A stretch of DNA of 64,000 nucleotides from Rebecca billardiae RCC1528 (taxonomy: Eukaryota; Protista; Haptophyta), in contig OZ251236.1 of NCBI GenBank assembly GCA_965240325.2, positions 124,001 to 188,000 on the forward strand, written 5' to 3'. The notes under the pieces were generated by a model, which saw only the letters and a program-made list of their open reading frames with translations, was not told the DNA's origin and made no database searches. The position numbers and the translations under genes were made by a program. Of this stretch, positions 35,801-47,954 are shown in pieces; within the stretch, counting starts at the first letter, position 1, and every line of letters begins with the position of its first letter.

Positions 35801-36403
35801 GAGTCGGACGTCGACGAGGAGTACGAGGAGGAGTCCTGCTCGGACGATGACGAGGGCGCGGGGCGCGCGGGCAAGGCGAAGAAAAAGGGCGGCGCCAAGA
35901 GGCAGCACAAGCGCGAGGCGCCGGAGGACGGCTCGGGCTCCGAGGCGGACGGCGGCGCGGCGTCGGATGAGGACGGCGACGGCGCCGGCGGCAGCAGACG
36001 AGCGGCCAAGCCAGCCAAGAGGCAGAAGGGCGGCAGCCCGGGCAAGGCGAAGAAGCAGAAGGCGAAGAAGGACCCGGACGCGCCCAAAAAGCCGCCCTCG
36101 GCGTACCTGCTCTACTCAACCGACCAGCGCGCCGCGCTCAAGGCAGCGCAGCCCGAGCTCTCATTCGGCGAGCTGGGGAAGGCCCTCGGGGAGAAGTGGC
36201 GCGGAGAGGCGGACGAGGTGAAGGCGACGTATGAGCAGCGCGCCGCCGACGCGAAGGTGGCGTACGACCGCGCGCTCAAGGAGTACAAGGCGGCGGCGAA
36301 GGCGAAGGCCGCCGCGGGCGACGAGCCCACGCAGCGCGGCGACGACGACGAGTCCGAGTCGGACGACGGCGGCGCCATCGTGGACGACGACGACGACGAG
36401 TGA
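32888..36403 (+). CDS. SSRP1: FACT complex subunit SSRP1/POB3 with C-terminal HMG box, multi-exon
   Basis: KG..WG, KNEVALEFH, PRGRY..D, LDPPIRQG.T.Y, RSFD, FSNI.R.EY, acidic tract, KKDPDAPKKP.SAY HMG box. Confidence 0.95.
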
Positions 36404-37116
36404 GGCGCGCCCGCGGCGCGCCGCCGACGGCGCCGCGCGCGAGGCGGGCGCTGGCGCTGCGCGGGATGCCCTGCGCGGGCGCGCGCTCGCGCCGCTCGCC
36501 ACGCGGGCGGCGAGGCGACGGTGGGCGCGGAGTGTCAGTGCCGTCGCGTTGCCACAGCTGGTGATGAGCCGAGCCGATATTCGGCGCATCAGCGCATCAT
36601 CAGCATCGTCAGCACGCGTCGTCGTCATCGACATCGTCGTGTCGTCCATCCGCCATCGACGACGAGTTCCGACGCGACGCGAGTTCGACTTATATATTAT
36701 TATTCATCATTCATCGTCGTTCTGAGTCCGAGACTGACGGTCAAACTCAATCGGACGACTACGACTCACTGCTGACCAGTCAGTCGTCTCAGTGAGTGGT
36801 AGACGTCGATCTGACGCATATGCGCCGCGCCGCCGTGACGATGATGCGCTGCCGCGCCGTACATATATATATATATATATACGCCTGCCCGTTGGCGTTG
36901 CATAATACCACGTCAGTTATTAATATATCCGCCGTAGTAGTAGTAGCGCAGATCGCGTATATATAGTCGATGATATATTGATGCAGTGGCGCGGCGGCGG
37001 AGCGCGACGACAACGCTGCCAGCCTGCCAGGCCGGGACCCCGGGGCCGCGACAGCCAGCAGCCCAGCAGGCACTCGCCGCCTCCACGCCGTGCGCAGTGC
37101 CAGGCGCGCGCAGCAG

Positions 37117-38139
37117 TCAGCCGTTGATGAGGAAGCTCTCGAACGCCTCATCCTCCTCGCCCTGCCACTGCACGCTCACGCGCGCCGTCGGCGGCAGTCC
37201 TCGCTCGCGCGCGAACCGCGCGCCGTGCGCGCGCGCCGCGCCCTCGGCCATGCCGGCCTCAGCGCCCACCCACACGAACACGGCGGGCGGCTCGGCGCCG
37301 CGCTCGCCGAGCAGGATGAACACGCCGTCGGGCAGCAGGTCGTCGGAGTCGAACATGCTCAGCTCCTCGCCCGTGGACGCGTCGAAGAGCGCTGCGCGCA
37401 CCGCGTCCGCGTCCGCGTCCGCATCCGCATCCATTGGCGCCGCGCCGCCGGCGGGCAGCGCAAGCCTCGGCCCGTCCGGCTCGGGTCCGCGCGCCGCCGG
37501 CCCGCCGCGCGCGTGCGCGGGCGTGCCGTCCTCGCTCACGCCGCCCGGCCTGAGCCCGCCCACGCCGTAGTCGGCGTCGTACAGGCTGTTGGCGCCGACG
37601 GCGGGCGGCGAGCTCGGGTCAGCGCCTAGCGCCTGCGTGGGTGGCCGAGCGTGCGCGCGAGCCGGCGGGGCGGCGCGCGGCGGCGTGAGCGCACGCCCAG
37701 CTGACGACCCTGCTAGCGCGCGCGCACCCGGCGCGGCCGGCCCGCCGCGCGCGCGCGCGCGCAATCGCCCGCGCCCGCGCGCGCGCGCGCGCACACCTCC
37801 CAGAAAGGCGCCCAGAGCGCTGCGGGCTGCTCGGCGCCCTGGCGCGCCGTGTGCACGTGCTCGCTGCCGTGCTCGTAGCGCTGCAGCCGCTGCACCCACG
37901 CGTCCGCGTGCGCGGCGTACTCGGCGGGCGCGCGCGCGCCGTGCCACACGTACAGCGCCTCGCTCGCGTGCAGGACGAACACCGCGCGCGTGTCGAGCGC
38001 GCTCGCCTTGGGCGGCTCGGCGCCATAGACGTCCGTGCAGCGCGCGATCACCACCAACCGGCCGCCGCCGCCCTCGTAGGTTTCGTCATAGTGCTCGCCG
38101 CCGCCGATCAGCATGGCGTCCATGCCGCCGCCGTCGTCA

Positions 38140-38178
<39 letters not shown>

Positions 38179-40561
38179 TCCGCGCCGCCGCCGCGTCGCC
38201 CCGAGCCGCCGTACCGCCGCGCCTTCACCCGCCTCGGGTGGCGCAGGTGCGTGGCCAGCCGGTACAGCCGCGGCCGCGTCGGCTCGACGCCGTCGCGCAG
38301 CCGCTTCGCCCACTTCATCAACTGCACCATGAAGCCCGCGTTGGGGTTGCACACGCCGCGCACGCCGCGCACGTGCGTGTACACCTCCTCGTACGGCAGC
38401 TCGTTGCGCCACATCAGGTACGCGATCACGAGTGACGAGGAGCGCGAGACCCCCTGGTGGCAGTGCACGAGCGCGCGGCCGCCGCCGTCGATGGCGGCGC
38501 GCAGAAACTCGAGGCCGTCATACGCGTACGCGAGGAGGTCCTCGCCCTTCGAGTCGGACATGGGCAGCGTGAGGTAGCGCAGCTCCGAGCTGGGAGAGGG
38601 AGGGGCGAGGGGGAGGGGCGAGGGGTTCGGGTTGGGGTGGGTGCAGGGCGGGGCGAAGGGCTGCGGCGCGAGGGGCGTCCGGGAGAGCCGCGCGCCTGCC
38701 GCCTCGCCCCCGCGCGCAGCCCACTGCTCACGCGCGCACGGCGCAGCGCAGCGCCAGCACAGCGCACAGCGGCCCCGGCGCGCGCCCGCGCGCGGCACAC
38801 GCGCACCGGCCCTCGTGGTAGTTCGCGCACGCGACAGAGGCCGTGTTCAGAACGTGGGTGACGCCCTTGGACCGGAGCAGCTTGAGGTCTCGCGCGACGC
38901 GGTCGCTGCCGAGGAACAGCTGAGGCGTCACCTCGGAGCACACGCCGTCGAAGCGGCTGAGCTGCTGCTCCTTCAGCTCGCGCTCGGTGAGGCCGGCTGC
39001 AACCGCGGCGTCCGCTCCGCCCGCGCCGCCGCCCGCGCCGCCGCCGCCGCCCGCCTGCCGCCGCGCGGAGGCGAGACGTCCCAGGTCGAGCCCGCCCATC
39101 GCGCCGGGCGCGGGCGGCGCGCCGCGCGCGGTCGGCGGCGCCTCGCCCCCGCCGCGCGCGCCGATGCCGCCCAGCGCGAGCGCGGGCATCGCGCGCGGCG
39201 CGGCCGCGGCCGCGGCCGCGGCCGGCGGCGCCGACCCGCCCGCCGGCGCGCCGCCCGGCGCGCCGCCCGCGCCTCCGCCAAACACAAAGCCGGGACTTCG
39301 ACCGTTGGCCGTGAGCGGCGGCACGGCGGCCCGCTCGGCGTGCGCGCCGTCCGCGCGGGCCCACGGGTGGCCGAACCGCGCGCCCTGCCCATGCGCCGCC
39401 CCGTCGCCCTCCGCCGCCGCCGCCGCGCCCGCCGGCTGCCACAGCAGCTTCAGAAAAGGCGTGTGCGCGACCGCGGCCGAGTCTCGCGCGCGAGCCAGTA
39501 GCTCGAGCAGGTGGTTGGTGGGCTTGGGGAAGAGAAGGCTCTCGAGGGAGACGCCCGCCGCGCCGCCCGGCGCGGGCCACTGCGGCGCCTCGAAGAGCTG
39601 CTCCGCCACGATCACCTCCGACCCGCGCCTGCCGCCGCCGCCGCCGCCGGCAGCGTGCGCGCCGCCGCGGACGCCGCCGTCGCCGGCCGCCCACGACAGG
39701 CTGCGGCCGCTCCGGTGCAGTGCGCGGATGGTGCGCGCGTACTGGCCCCTGCGCAGGAGGAAGCGCTCGAGGTCGAAGCTGTGCGTCACCGCCACCGCGC
39801 GCGTGAGCGGCGCCGCCTCCGTCCCGTTCCACACGTACAGAGCGTGCGCGTGCCGCTCGCGGCGCGCGCCGCCCACGCCCGCCGATGCCGACGCGGGCGG
39901 CAGCGGCGCGCCGCCCGGCTGCGGCGGCAGCTGGCCCTCCTTGGCGAGGACGGCGCTGACGAGGTCGACCTGGTGGTCCTCCGGGTAGAGACCGTAGTCG
40001 TCGTACTCTGCGCGCGCGACGCCGCCGCCGCGCACGGCCAGGGGCGCGCCAGCCAGCTGAGTCAGCGGCGCGGCCGGAACCGCGCGGCACGGCGCGCCGC
40101 GCGCCGTCGCGCGCGCGCGCGCGCGCACTAGAGAAGGGCGAGGCCAGGCCGCGCGGCGTGAGCATCTGGGTGGACGACTCGGACAGGTCGGCGAGCGAAG
40201 GGAGCCGCGGCACCGGCACGCGCTTCGTGCCCGCCGGCTCACGCTCGGGCTTGCCTCCGGCTGCGCCGGCCGACGGCGACTGCGCAGACGCGTCGTCGCC
40301 GCGGCGGTAGGTGTGCAGGACGATGTAGCACTCGTGCGGGTCGAAGCCGTCAAACTCGTCTGGCCGGACCGCGGTGGTGCTCACCTCGCGACCGTTCTCG
40401 CCCACAGGGCTCACCCGCCACACCTTGAGGTTCGACCGGTACAGCGGAGCCTCGCCGCCGTCCGCGCCGTCGTCGGCGGCGAGCTCGGCCTGGAGCAGCT
40501 CGGCGAGCTCGGGTGGGCGCGCATCAAGCACCACGCGCGCCGCGCTCGAGGCGGCGCCCAT
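37117..40561 (-). CDS. Dual-specificity phosphatase with gelsolin-like repeats (plant MKP1-like architecture), multi-exon
   Basis: VHCHQGVSRS active site, AYLMW, NPNAGF..QL; gelsolin-like segments LKVWRV/CYIVL/LYVWNG, VFVL..LYVWHG...E...FW, VFVWVG...QGEE...F. Confidence 0.85.
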
Positions 40562-41765
40562 GCGCCCTCAGCGCACGCTCGGCCGGCGGCGCGTGCGGCG
40601 GCTTGCGCGACGGCTTGCAGGAGCAGCGCGCGCTCAAACAAAAGCCTGCTCGAGCGGCCTTCTGATTGGTCGGCGTCGTCGCGATCTCCGCTGTCGACCG
40701 AGGAAATTCCATCACACTTCCGGCGAAAGTTGAGTCTCACGTACGATAGATTGAGGATGAAGATGATACTGTTTTATACTGTACTTTACCTGTGCAGTAT
40801 CTCCGTACTGTTGAGGATGTCACTCTATTCATCGGCTTGGGCGCGGGCCACACTCTCACTCACAGCCGAAGGCCCTTGCTCACAAGCGCGGGACCAGTCA
40901 TTGCAGCGCGCACTCCGTGTTCAGACGTGCACAAGCGCGCGCGTCGTCAGCCCCGCCGATGCGCCCCTGTGGCGCTGTTGGCAGCGTCGGAATTCCGAGC
41001 TCGGGCTACCGGCCGCGAGGCATCATGCGTTTCAGAAACAGGTTTCCAGCCCAAGTTGACGCGCAGCGCCAACCCATAGGCATATTCATCGGCACGGCAT
41101 TGTAGACTTGTAGTACAGCAACAACATCGCTCAGAATGATCGGTCGGTGAGTGGCGTTCATGAGCTCGCGAGCGAGATCGGCAGCTGCGCCGACAGTCCC
41201 TACGTGCGCCGCGGACCTGGCACGCATCGCGGTCACGGTGACCGTGGGCCAGGCGCGCAAGTAGTGAACCGTACAGTACTCAGTAGTGCCACCGGCCCCG
41301 CCGCCGCCGTGGGAGTCCTGTTTGTTAGACCTCTGGGCGGAGATTGAATTGGCGTCCGACCGGGCCTGACAAGTGGCGCGGCCCTCCGCCCGCGGCTGCG
41401 GACAGGCGGCACTGCGACGGCGTGGCGGGTCACCGTTTCCGCCACCTGCGGCTGCTTCCCTGATGGCCCTGAGCGGCCCGTAAGGGGCAGGCATGATCTG
41501 TAACGTGCGTGATGTCTGCAGCTTCGCGCGCTGGGAGTACAGCCTCGCCCACCCACGCGGCGAGGCACACACACCCAAGCGGCAAGCACGCGTGCGCCAC
41601 AGCGCCAGCCAGTCCAGTACCCCTACCCCCATACGTACTGTACGGTAGTCCGGAAACCCTTTCAGCTGCAGGATGGGGTCGCCAGCGCATGCAAGCTCGA
41701 AAAGCACGGCGCGGGAGGCACAAGCTGGCTCCGAAGCCCTTGGCCCCCCGCGCGAGGCGTCTCCC

Positions 41766-43202
41766 ATGCGCCTCCTCCCGCCCGCGGCGGCGGTGGTGCT
41801 GCTGGTGGCATCGCCGCTGCCTCGCGCGTGGGCCTTGCTCGACGGCGATGTGGACGGCGCCCCCGCGCTCGACGACCTCACCGTCGTCACGACGAGCAGC
41901 CCGAGGTCGGACGGCGCGCCGGGCGCGTGGGCGGGCATCTTCCTCGGCACCAACGACCGCGTCGAGCCGGACGTGCTCACCGGACTCGCGTTCCACCTGA
42001 GCGCGCTCGGGGCGGACGGGGTGGAGATCGTCAGCATCATCGGCGGCATGTACTACCTCCGCCTCCTCGAGCGCACGCGCTTCCACCGGCTCACGCTCTT
42101 CGATGCGAACATTCTCGAGCTCGGGAAGGCGTGGCGCGCGTCGGCGCTGCTGCGCGCGTCGGCCAACTTCTCGAAGTACAAGGAGGCGTACGAGGCGTAC
42201 GCGCGGCGAGCGGCGTCGCGGCCCGACGCGTGGCTGCTCCCGCCGGCGCTCCAGGGCGCGCGCCTCGAGGCGCAGGCCGAGCCTCTCTCCAAGGCCGAGT
42301 CGGGCCTCGCGTATTTCGGCCCCGATCGCTACCCGGAATTCCAGTGGCAGCCGGACTCGGCCGGGGCGTACGAGAGCACGCGCGCGAACGTGCGCGCGCT
42401 GAGCGGCCGGATGTTCACGCCCGACGTGCCCACCATCGACGCCGAGGGCCGCGTCGTCCTCGTCTACCTCTCCGCCGAGAGCGACCTCGAGGCGGGCTCG
42501 TTCAGACGCGCGACAGGCGGTCGCGGCCGCTCGTTTGCGCGCGCGACGCAGAGCGCGCTCGCCCACCGCATCCGGAACGCGAGCCTGATCCTGCCGCTCT
42601 ACTCGCCGTGGCAGCTGAGTAAGAGCAACGCCAAGTACTCCAACTCGTGGCTCCTCGACCCGCACCTGTGGTGGGGCTGGGCCGTGCACAAGGAGGCCGC
42701 CGGCGGTGGACCGATGCTGCAGGTGTGGGCGGCCAAGGACCGGAGCTGGGAGGCGGTCGGCTCGTGGGCGGACGAGGTGTACGGCTTCGCCAAGGGGGTG
42801 TACGCGGACGAGTACGTGCGCCACGTCGTGCCGGAGAGCTCGCGCTGGGAGGGCACCGTCGTGCTCCACGCGCTCTTCGACGGCCTCAGCCCCGCCGAGC
42901 TCGACGGCGCCGAGCGCGCCGCGCTCGTGCGCAGCGCGATCGGCGTCGCCATCGGCAGCGGCGCGTCGCGCGTGCTCGTCACCGAGCTGCTGCTCCCGGA
43001 CCGGACGGGCGACTTTTGGAACAGCACGGTGCGGCTGCGTGAGGAGCTCCGCCGCTTCGTCGAAGACGCGATCCCGGCCGCGGCCGGGCAGGCGGGCCAG
43101 CAGCACTGTGCGCTCGGCGGCATGCGGCACGCGCCGGGAGCGGGCCTGCCTGCACTCACCACCGTCGTGCGCGTCGACTGCGTGCCGGCCAGGCGGCGCT
43201 GA
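41766..43202 (+). CDS. Unknown secreted protein, possibly with a Rossmann/SAM-binding fold
   Basis: Signal-peptide-like MRLLPPAAAVVLLVAS; complex single ORF with host-like codon usage. Confidence 0.65.
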   Translation: MRLLPPAAAVVLLVASPLPRAWALLDGDVDGAPALDDLTVVTTSSPRSDGAPGAWAGIFLGTNDRVEPDVLTGLAFHLSALGADGVEIVSIIGGMYYLRLLERTRFHRLTLFDANILELGKAWRASALLRASANFSKYKEAYEAYARRAASRPDAWLLPPALQGARLEAQAEPLSKAESGLAYFGPDRYPEFQWQPDSAGAYESTRANVRALSGRMFTPDVPTIDAEGRVVLVYLSAESDLEAGSFRRATGGRGRSFARATQSALAHRIRNASLILPLYSPWQLSKSNAKYSNSWLLDPHLWWGWAVHKEAAGGGPMLQVWAAKDRSWEAVGSWADEVYGFAKGVYADEYVRHVVPESSRWEGTVVLHALFDGLSPAELDGAERAALVRSAIGVAIGSGASRVLVTELLLPDRTGDFWNSTVRLREELRRFVEDAIPAAAGQAGQQHCALGGMRHAPGAGLPALTTVVRVDCVPARRR

Positions 43203-43573
43203 CGCGCGCGCTGAGCTTGCGGCCCTCGCGTCGTCGCGCCTCCACCTCGGACCGGGCGTGGCGCGGTGGCAGGCGACGCCCGCTACACTCGGGGCGATGG
43301 CGATAAGCTCGCAGGCCGTATCTGAGCGCGCGGCCTGGGCACGGATGCCTGCATGCGCGCGCTTATTGAAGCGCGCGCTAAGCAGCTGCGCGCTAAAATA
43401 ATAATGAATAAATTGGATATGATGCTGCTGATGATGACAGATATGCGATGTGAGACAATGAGTGGCCAGCAGGCAGCACGCCATCGACCTGACGGCCGTC
43501 GTACTCTGTGCGCTGGCCGTAGTACTCGCAGCGCGCGCGCGCAAGCCGCGGCGACTGCATGACTTATAATAAT

Positions 43574-43698
<125 letters not shown>

Positions 43699-43973
43699 GT
43701 ATACGTATGCGCCGCTGACGGTGACGACGGTTATGTATATATATACGATACCGATGATGATGAAATACATACTCATACTGTGACGCGCGCACGTGTATCT
43801 GACAACGACGACCGATATATATATAGGAGTAGTAGTGACGAGCGCTGAATCATGTCGTACGTCCGCCCTGCGAGTGCGATGTCGATGGCGCCGCCAACGG
43901 TGTCGACGGTGATGATCCGACCGCTAGCGCGCAGACTAGCAGCTTGAGCACTCGTCACAGCAGCGGGCGGCCG

Positions 43974-45850
43974 TCACAAGGCGCCGCCATCGTAGAACTC
44001 GGCGGCGTGCTCGACCGCGCGGTCGGCCTGCCGCACTGCGCGGCATGCAGGCGGCGCGCGGCGGGCGGCGGGCGACGGGCGCGCGCGCGCGCGCCACGCG
44101 TGAGGGCGCGGGCTGTGCGCTCAGCGCACGCCGCCCAGCGCGCCTCGGTCATCGGCGGCGTGCGCGCGGCGCGCGGCCGCACCGGAGACGCGCACGTCGG
44201 GCTCGTCGTCGTCGTCGTCTTCATCGTCGTCGTCGTGGCCGGGCGCGTCTTGCGCGGCCTGGTGGAACGGGACGGAGGGCGCCGCCGGCAGCTGCGACAG
44301 GTTGGCGTGCACGCGCTCGCGGATCGCGTCGAGGTACTTTGGCGAATTGAAGTTCTCCATGTTGGTGGGCGAGACGTGCAGTCTGAAGGTAGGCGCGTAG
44401 TACTCGTAGTAGTCGTTGTACGGCAGCTCGTCGGCCACGCCCTCGCCCAGCGCCATCGCCGTCTCGTACGTCCAGCACCGCGACACGTTGCAGATGGTGT
44501 ACCCGCCGCCGCCTAGCAGCAGCGTCGGCCGGCCGTGCCCCAGTACGAACTCAACGCACGCGCCATGCCCCTTGATCGACATGTTGAACGAGCCGAGACG
44601 GTCGCCGGTGAGCGAGTCGGCGCCGCACTGCAGCACGACGGCGGACGGGTCGAACGTCTCCATGATCTTGCCGATCACCGGGCGGAACACGCCGTGGTAC
44701 GACTCGTCGTCCATCCCGTCGCGCAGTGGCACGTTGACGGAGTAGTTGGCACCCGCGCCCGCGCCCACGTCTGCGAGGTCGCCGGTGCCAGGAAAGAACG
44801 CGCCGCCGAACTTGTGGAAGGACGCGGTCATCACGCGGTCGGTGGTGAAGAAGGCCTCCTCCACGCCGTCGCCGTGGTGCAGGTCGATGTCAATGTACAG
44901 CACGCGCGCGTGGTGCTTGAGCAGCTCGAGGATCGCCAGCACGATGTCGTTCACGTAGCAGAACCCGCTCGCCTCGCACTTCTTCGCGTGGTGCAGCCCG
45001 CCCGCCCAGTTGATCGCCACGTCGGCGGCCCGGTGGTTGAGCTTGACCGCGCCGCCGATCGAGCCGCCCGCTGAGATCTGGCAGAACTGGTACAGCCCGT
45101 CGAACACGGGGCAGTCCTCGCCCAGGTTGACTGGCGCGCCTCGCGCAAAGGCGGCGGGCACGCAGGCGGCAGACCGGGCGGCCGACGGACGCGCAGCGCG
45201 CACGGCGCACGCGCGCAGCCAGTCACCAACGAGCGCCCGGGCGGCGGTGCGCACGGCGTCAGCCAGCGCGCCGCGCGCGCCCCGCGCTGTGCCCGCCCGC
45301 GCTCGCTCGCGCGGCCGCCGCCCTGCGCACATCTCTGCAGCTGCTTGGTGCGCTCCGCCGCGTTGTCTGGCGTGACCTCGCGAAGAAAGGCAGTGTACTC
45401 GTCCGAGTGGAAGCGGCACATCTCGTCGTACTTAGCCGGCACCGGGCGCTGTGCGAGGCGCGGGGCCGGCAGCCGCGTGCGGCCGCGCGCACGGGCGTCA
45501 GCGGCTGGGGCGCGCTCGCACGTAAGGCGTGCGCAGTGCGTTGTGCCGCTCACGCAGCGCCGAGCCACGCACAAGTATCTGCATCTTGCTGTACAGCCCG
45601 TAGTTGAGCAGCAAGTTGTGCGCCATGCGGATGCGGTGAGGCTTCATCGAGTGCCCCGGCCCATAGTGGAAGTCGCCCACCTCGGCTGCGCGTCGCGCGC
45701 AGTGATGCGCCCGCGTCACTGCGGCAGTCGTGCGCGCACGTGTGCACGCCGCGCATGGCGTGCGCGAGTGTGGCGCGGAGGCTGCGCGCACGACGCGCGT
45801 AGTGGGTGCGCACAGTCATAGAAGTAGCACACTTTCGACTTGCGTGGCAT
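43974..45850 (-). CDS. HDAC1: Class I histone deacetylase (RPD3/HDAC1-like), 5 exons
   Basis: [74 protein letters not shown]. Confidence 0.95.
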
Positions 45851-46530
45851 CACGTGCGCTCTGAGAGATGCTAGCGCTGCGTACGCGCGAGCGCGAGCTC
45901 AGGTCGCTCGCTCCTGGTGGCGGTCCCCGACGGCGAGTCTGTCGGCAGTCCGACACAAGGACGGATATTCGGTTTGATACTTTTTGATTCCGCCGCAGCC
46001 CGCAGTGGATGGCGTTAATCACGCCTTAACCAAGTGTGCACGTTAAATCATAGTAAACTGTACTTCTGTCGACCCGCCGTTAGTTAGTAGTTACTTTCGT
46101 CGTCCAACTTACTTACCAGCGCACGTCGCTGCTGACAATCAGCCGTAGCACGGACGTACTGTATGCTGCTAATGCCCCGCCAGGCACTCGGTGCCACTCC
46201 TGCAGATGTCACGTGGTACTCGGCTTCGCGGCCTCGCCGAGCCGGCCGCTCCACCGCCGCCGAGCGGCGGCATCTTCTGCGCGCGCATTCGATGGCAGAG
46301 TGCGTGCGCCACACGCCGGACAGCGGCCTGCTGCAGTGGCCTGCGGCCCTGCGCTGACGCCGGCCGCTTTCAGTGGGCGGCGGGCGGCGGCGGCTCCTCG
46401 CGCGCCCGCGGAAGTGTCGTCGTCCTACCCCGAGCGCGCCGAGTGAGCAAGCGCGCCGCCGCGTAGCAGGAGCAGCAGTCGCCATGCGCGCGAGTCAGTT
46501 CTAGTCCCTAATAGTAGCAGGACAGTAGAC

Positions 46531-47686
46531 CTACTTGAGCGCCTTATAGACCTCGAAGATGTACTGGCCGAGTCCGGCCATCCACGCGGTGTGATATGAG
46601 GAGTGGATGATGCGCATCTCAATGCCGCGGAAGAAGACGGCGAAGAAGCCCTTGACGCGCGCCTCGGCGAGCAGCTCGGTGAGCACGCCGCCCGCCGACA
46701 GCGGCACCTCGCGGTACTTCTGGCAGTTCGCCACCCACACGTCCAGCGGCTGGTTAATCCCCGAAAAAGCGCCGCCGAAAATCCCCGACATGAATGCCTC
46801 CGCTGCGCTCAGCTTCTTCGGCTTGCCGTCGTCGGGCTTGAGCGAGAGGAAGAATTTGTCGGACATGCTCTTGCCCCAGAAGCGCAGCCCCCAGTCCACA
46901 CCGCGCCGGATCACCATCACGCCCGTGCCCTGCACGCCGCGCGCGCCGCGCGGTCGCTCGCCCACTGAGCGCGCGCGCGGCGCGCGGTGCCGCGCGAGCA
47001 TGCGCGCCGCGCGCGCACGCGCGCCGCAGCAGCCGAGGGGCTCGCGCGCACCTTGAAGACCGTGGAGATGCCCTCTTTCGCGATGACCTTTGAGATGATG
47101 TCGGTCGACACCGCGCCCGCCGCCTTGTTCGTGCCGATCATCGTCTTCAACCGCTGCGTCGGCGCGATCATCGCACCCTGCACCATGCCCGCCGTCACGC
47201 CCGCCATCACGGCCGCCTTCTGCTTCTCGACGCCGGACTTTTGGAGGCGGCTCTGCACCTCGCCCTGGGTGAACAGGACGGGCAGCCCCTTGTAGCACCC
47301 CTGCGCGAAGCCCCATGGCCAGAACCCCTTGTAGAAGCCCATCATGCCGAGCTCGGACCACATATGCCGCGCGGCCGCAAAGTAAGACGGGTAAGTACCC
47401 GCCTGGCGCTGCACCTTGAGCATCTCGAGCCAGTGCCCGCCCATCAGCATCTCGCCTGCGTCGCGCGCGCGCGCCGCGCGTCAGCGCGCGCGCCGCGCCG
47501 CGCCTGCCGCCGGCCGTGCTCGCGCGCATGCGCCCGCAGGCTGCGTGCGCTCGGCGGCGCGCGCGCGCGGCGCATGCGCTCGGTGTGCGCGCGGAGGGCG
47601 CCCGGGCGCGTACCGACGGTGGTGAAGGGCCCGATGATGAGCTTCTCCCACTGCAAGCCGCCGCCATCACCGCCCCCGCCGCCCAT
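46531..47686 (-). CDS. Mitochondrial carrier, YHM2 (citrate/oxoglutarate)-like; 3 exons
   Basis: Three carrier repeats (WLEMLK, PTQRLKT, QPLDV); G..PW....KG, WG.RF and GG..S..NQP resemble yeast Yhm2 (from memory). Confidence 0.75.
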
Positions 47687-47954
47687 GGCCAACCGCTGCC
47701 GCTGGGCTCGCGCGCGCTCCCCTGCTCACGGGCGGGCGCCTGCCGCCTGCGCTGCTAATTGGAGATTCCCCGCTGGCCGCGCGCTTTTTCCATCGATCGC
47801 GATCATGTATTTGGCCGCCATTGTTCCGGCATCTCGCGCGCAGATCGCATCTCCTCCGCCTCTTGACTGCAGCTTGCGCCTCAACCGCCTGCGGCGGCTG
47901 GCGCTTTTGAGCTTGAACCGCCCGCGGTGCATCGCGGCGGCGCAGCGCGGCGCG

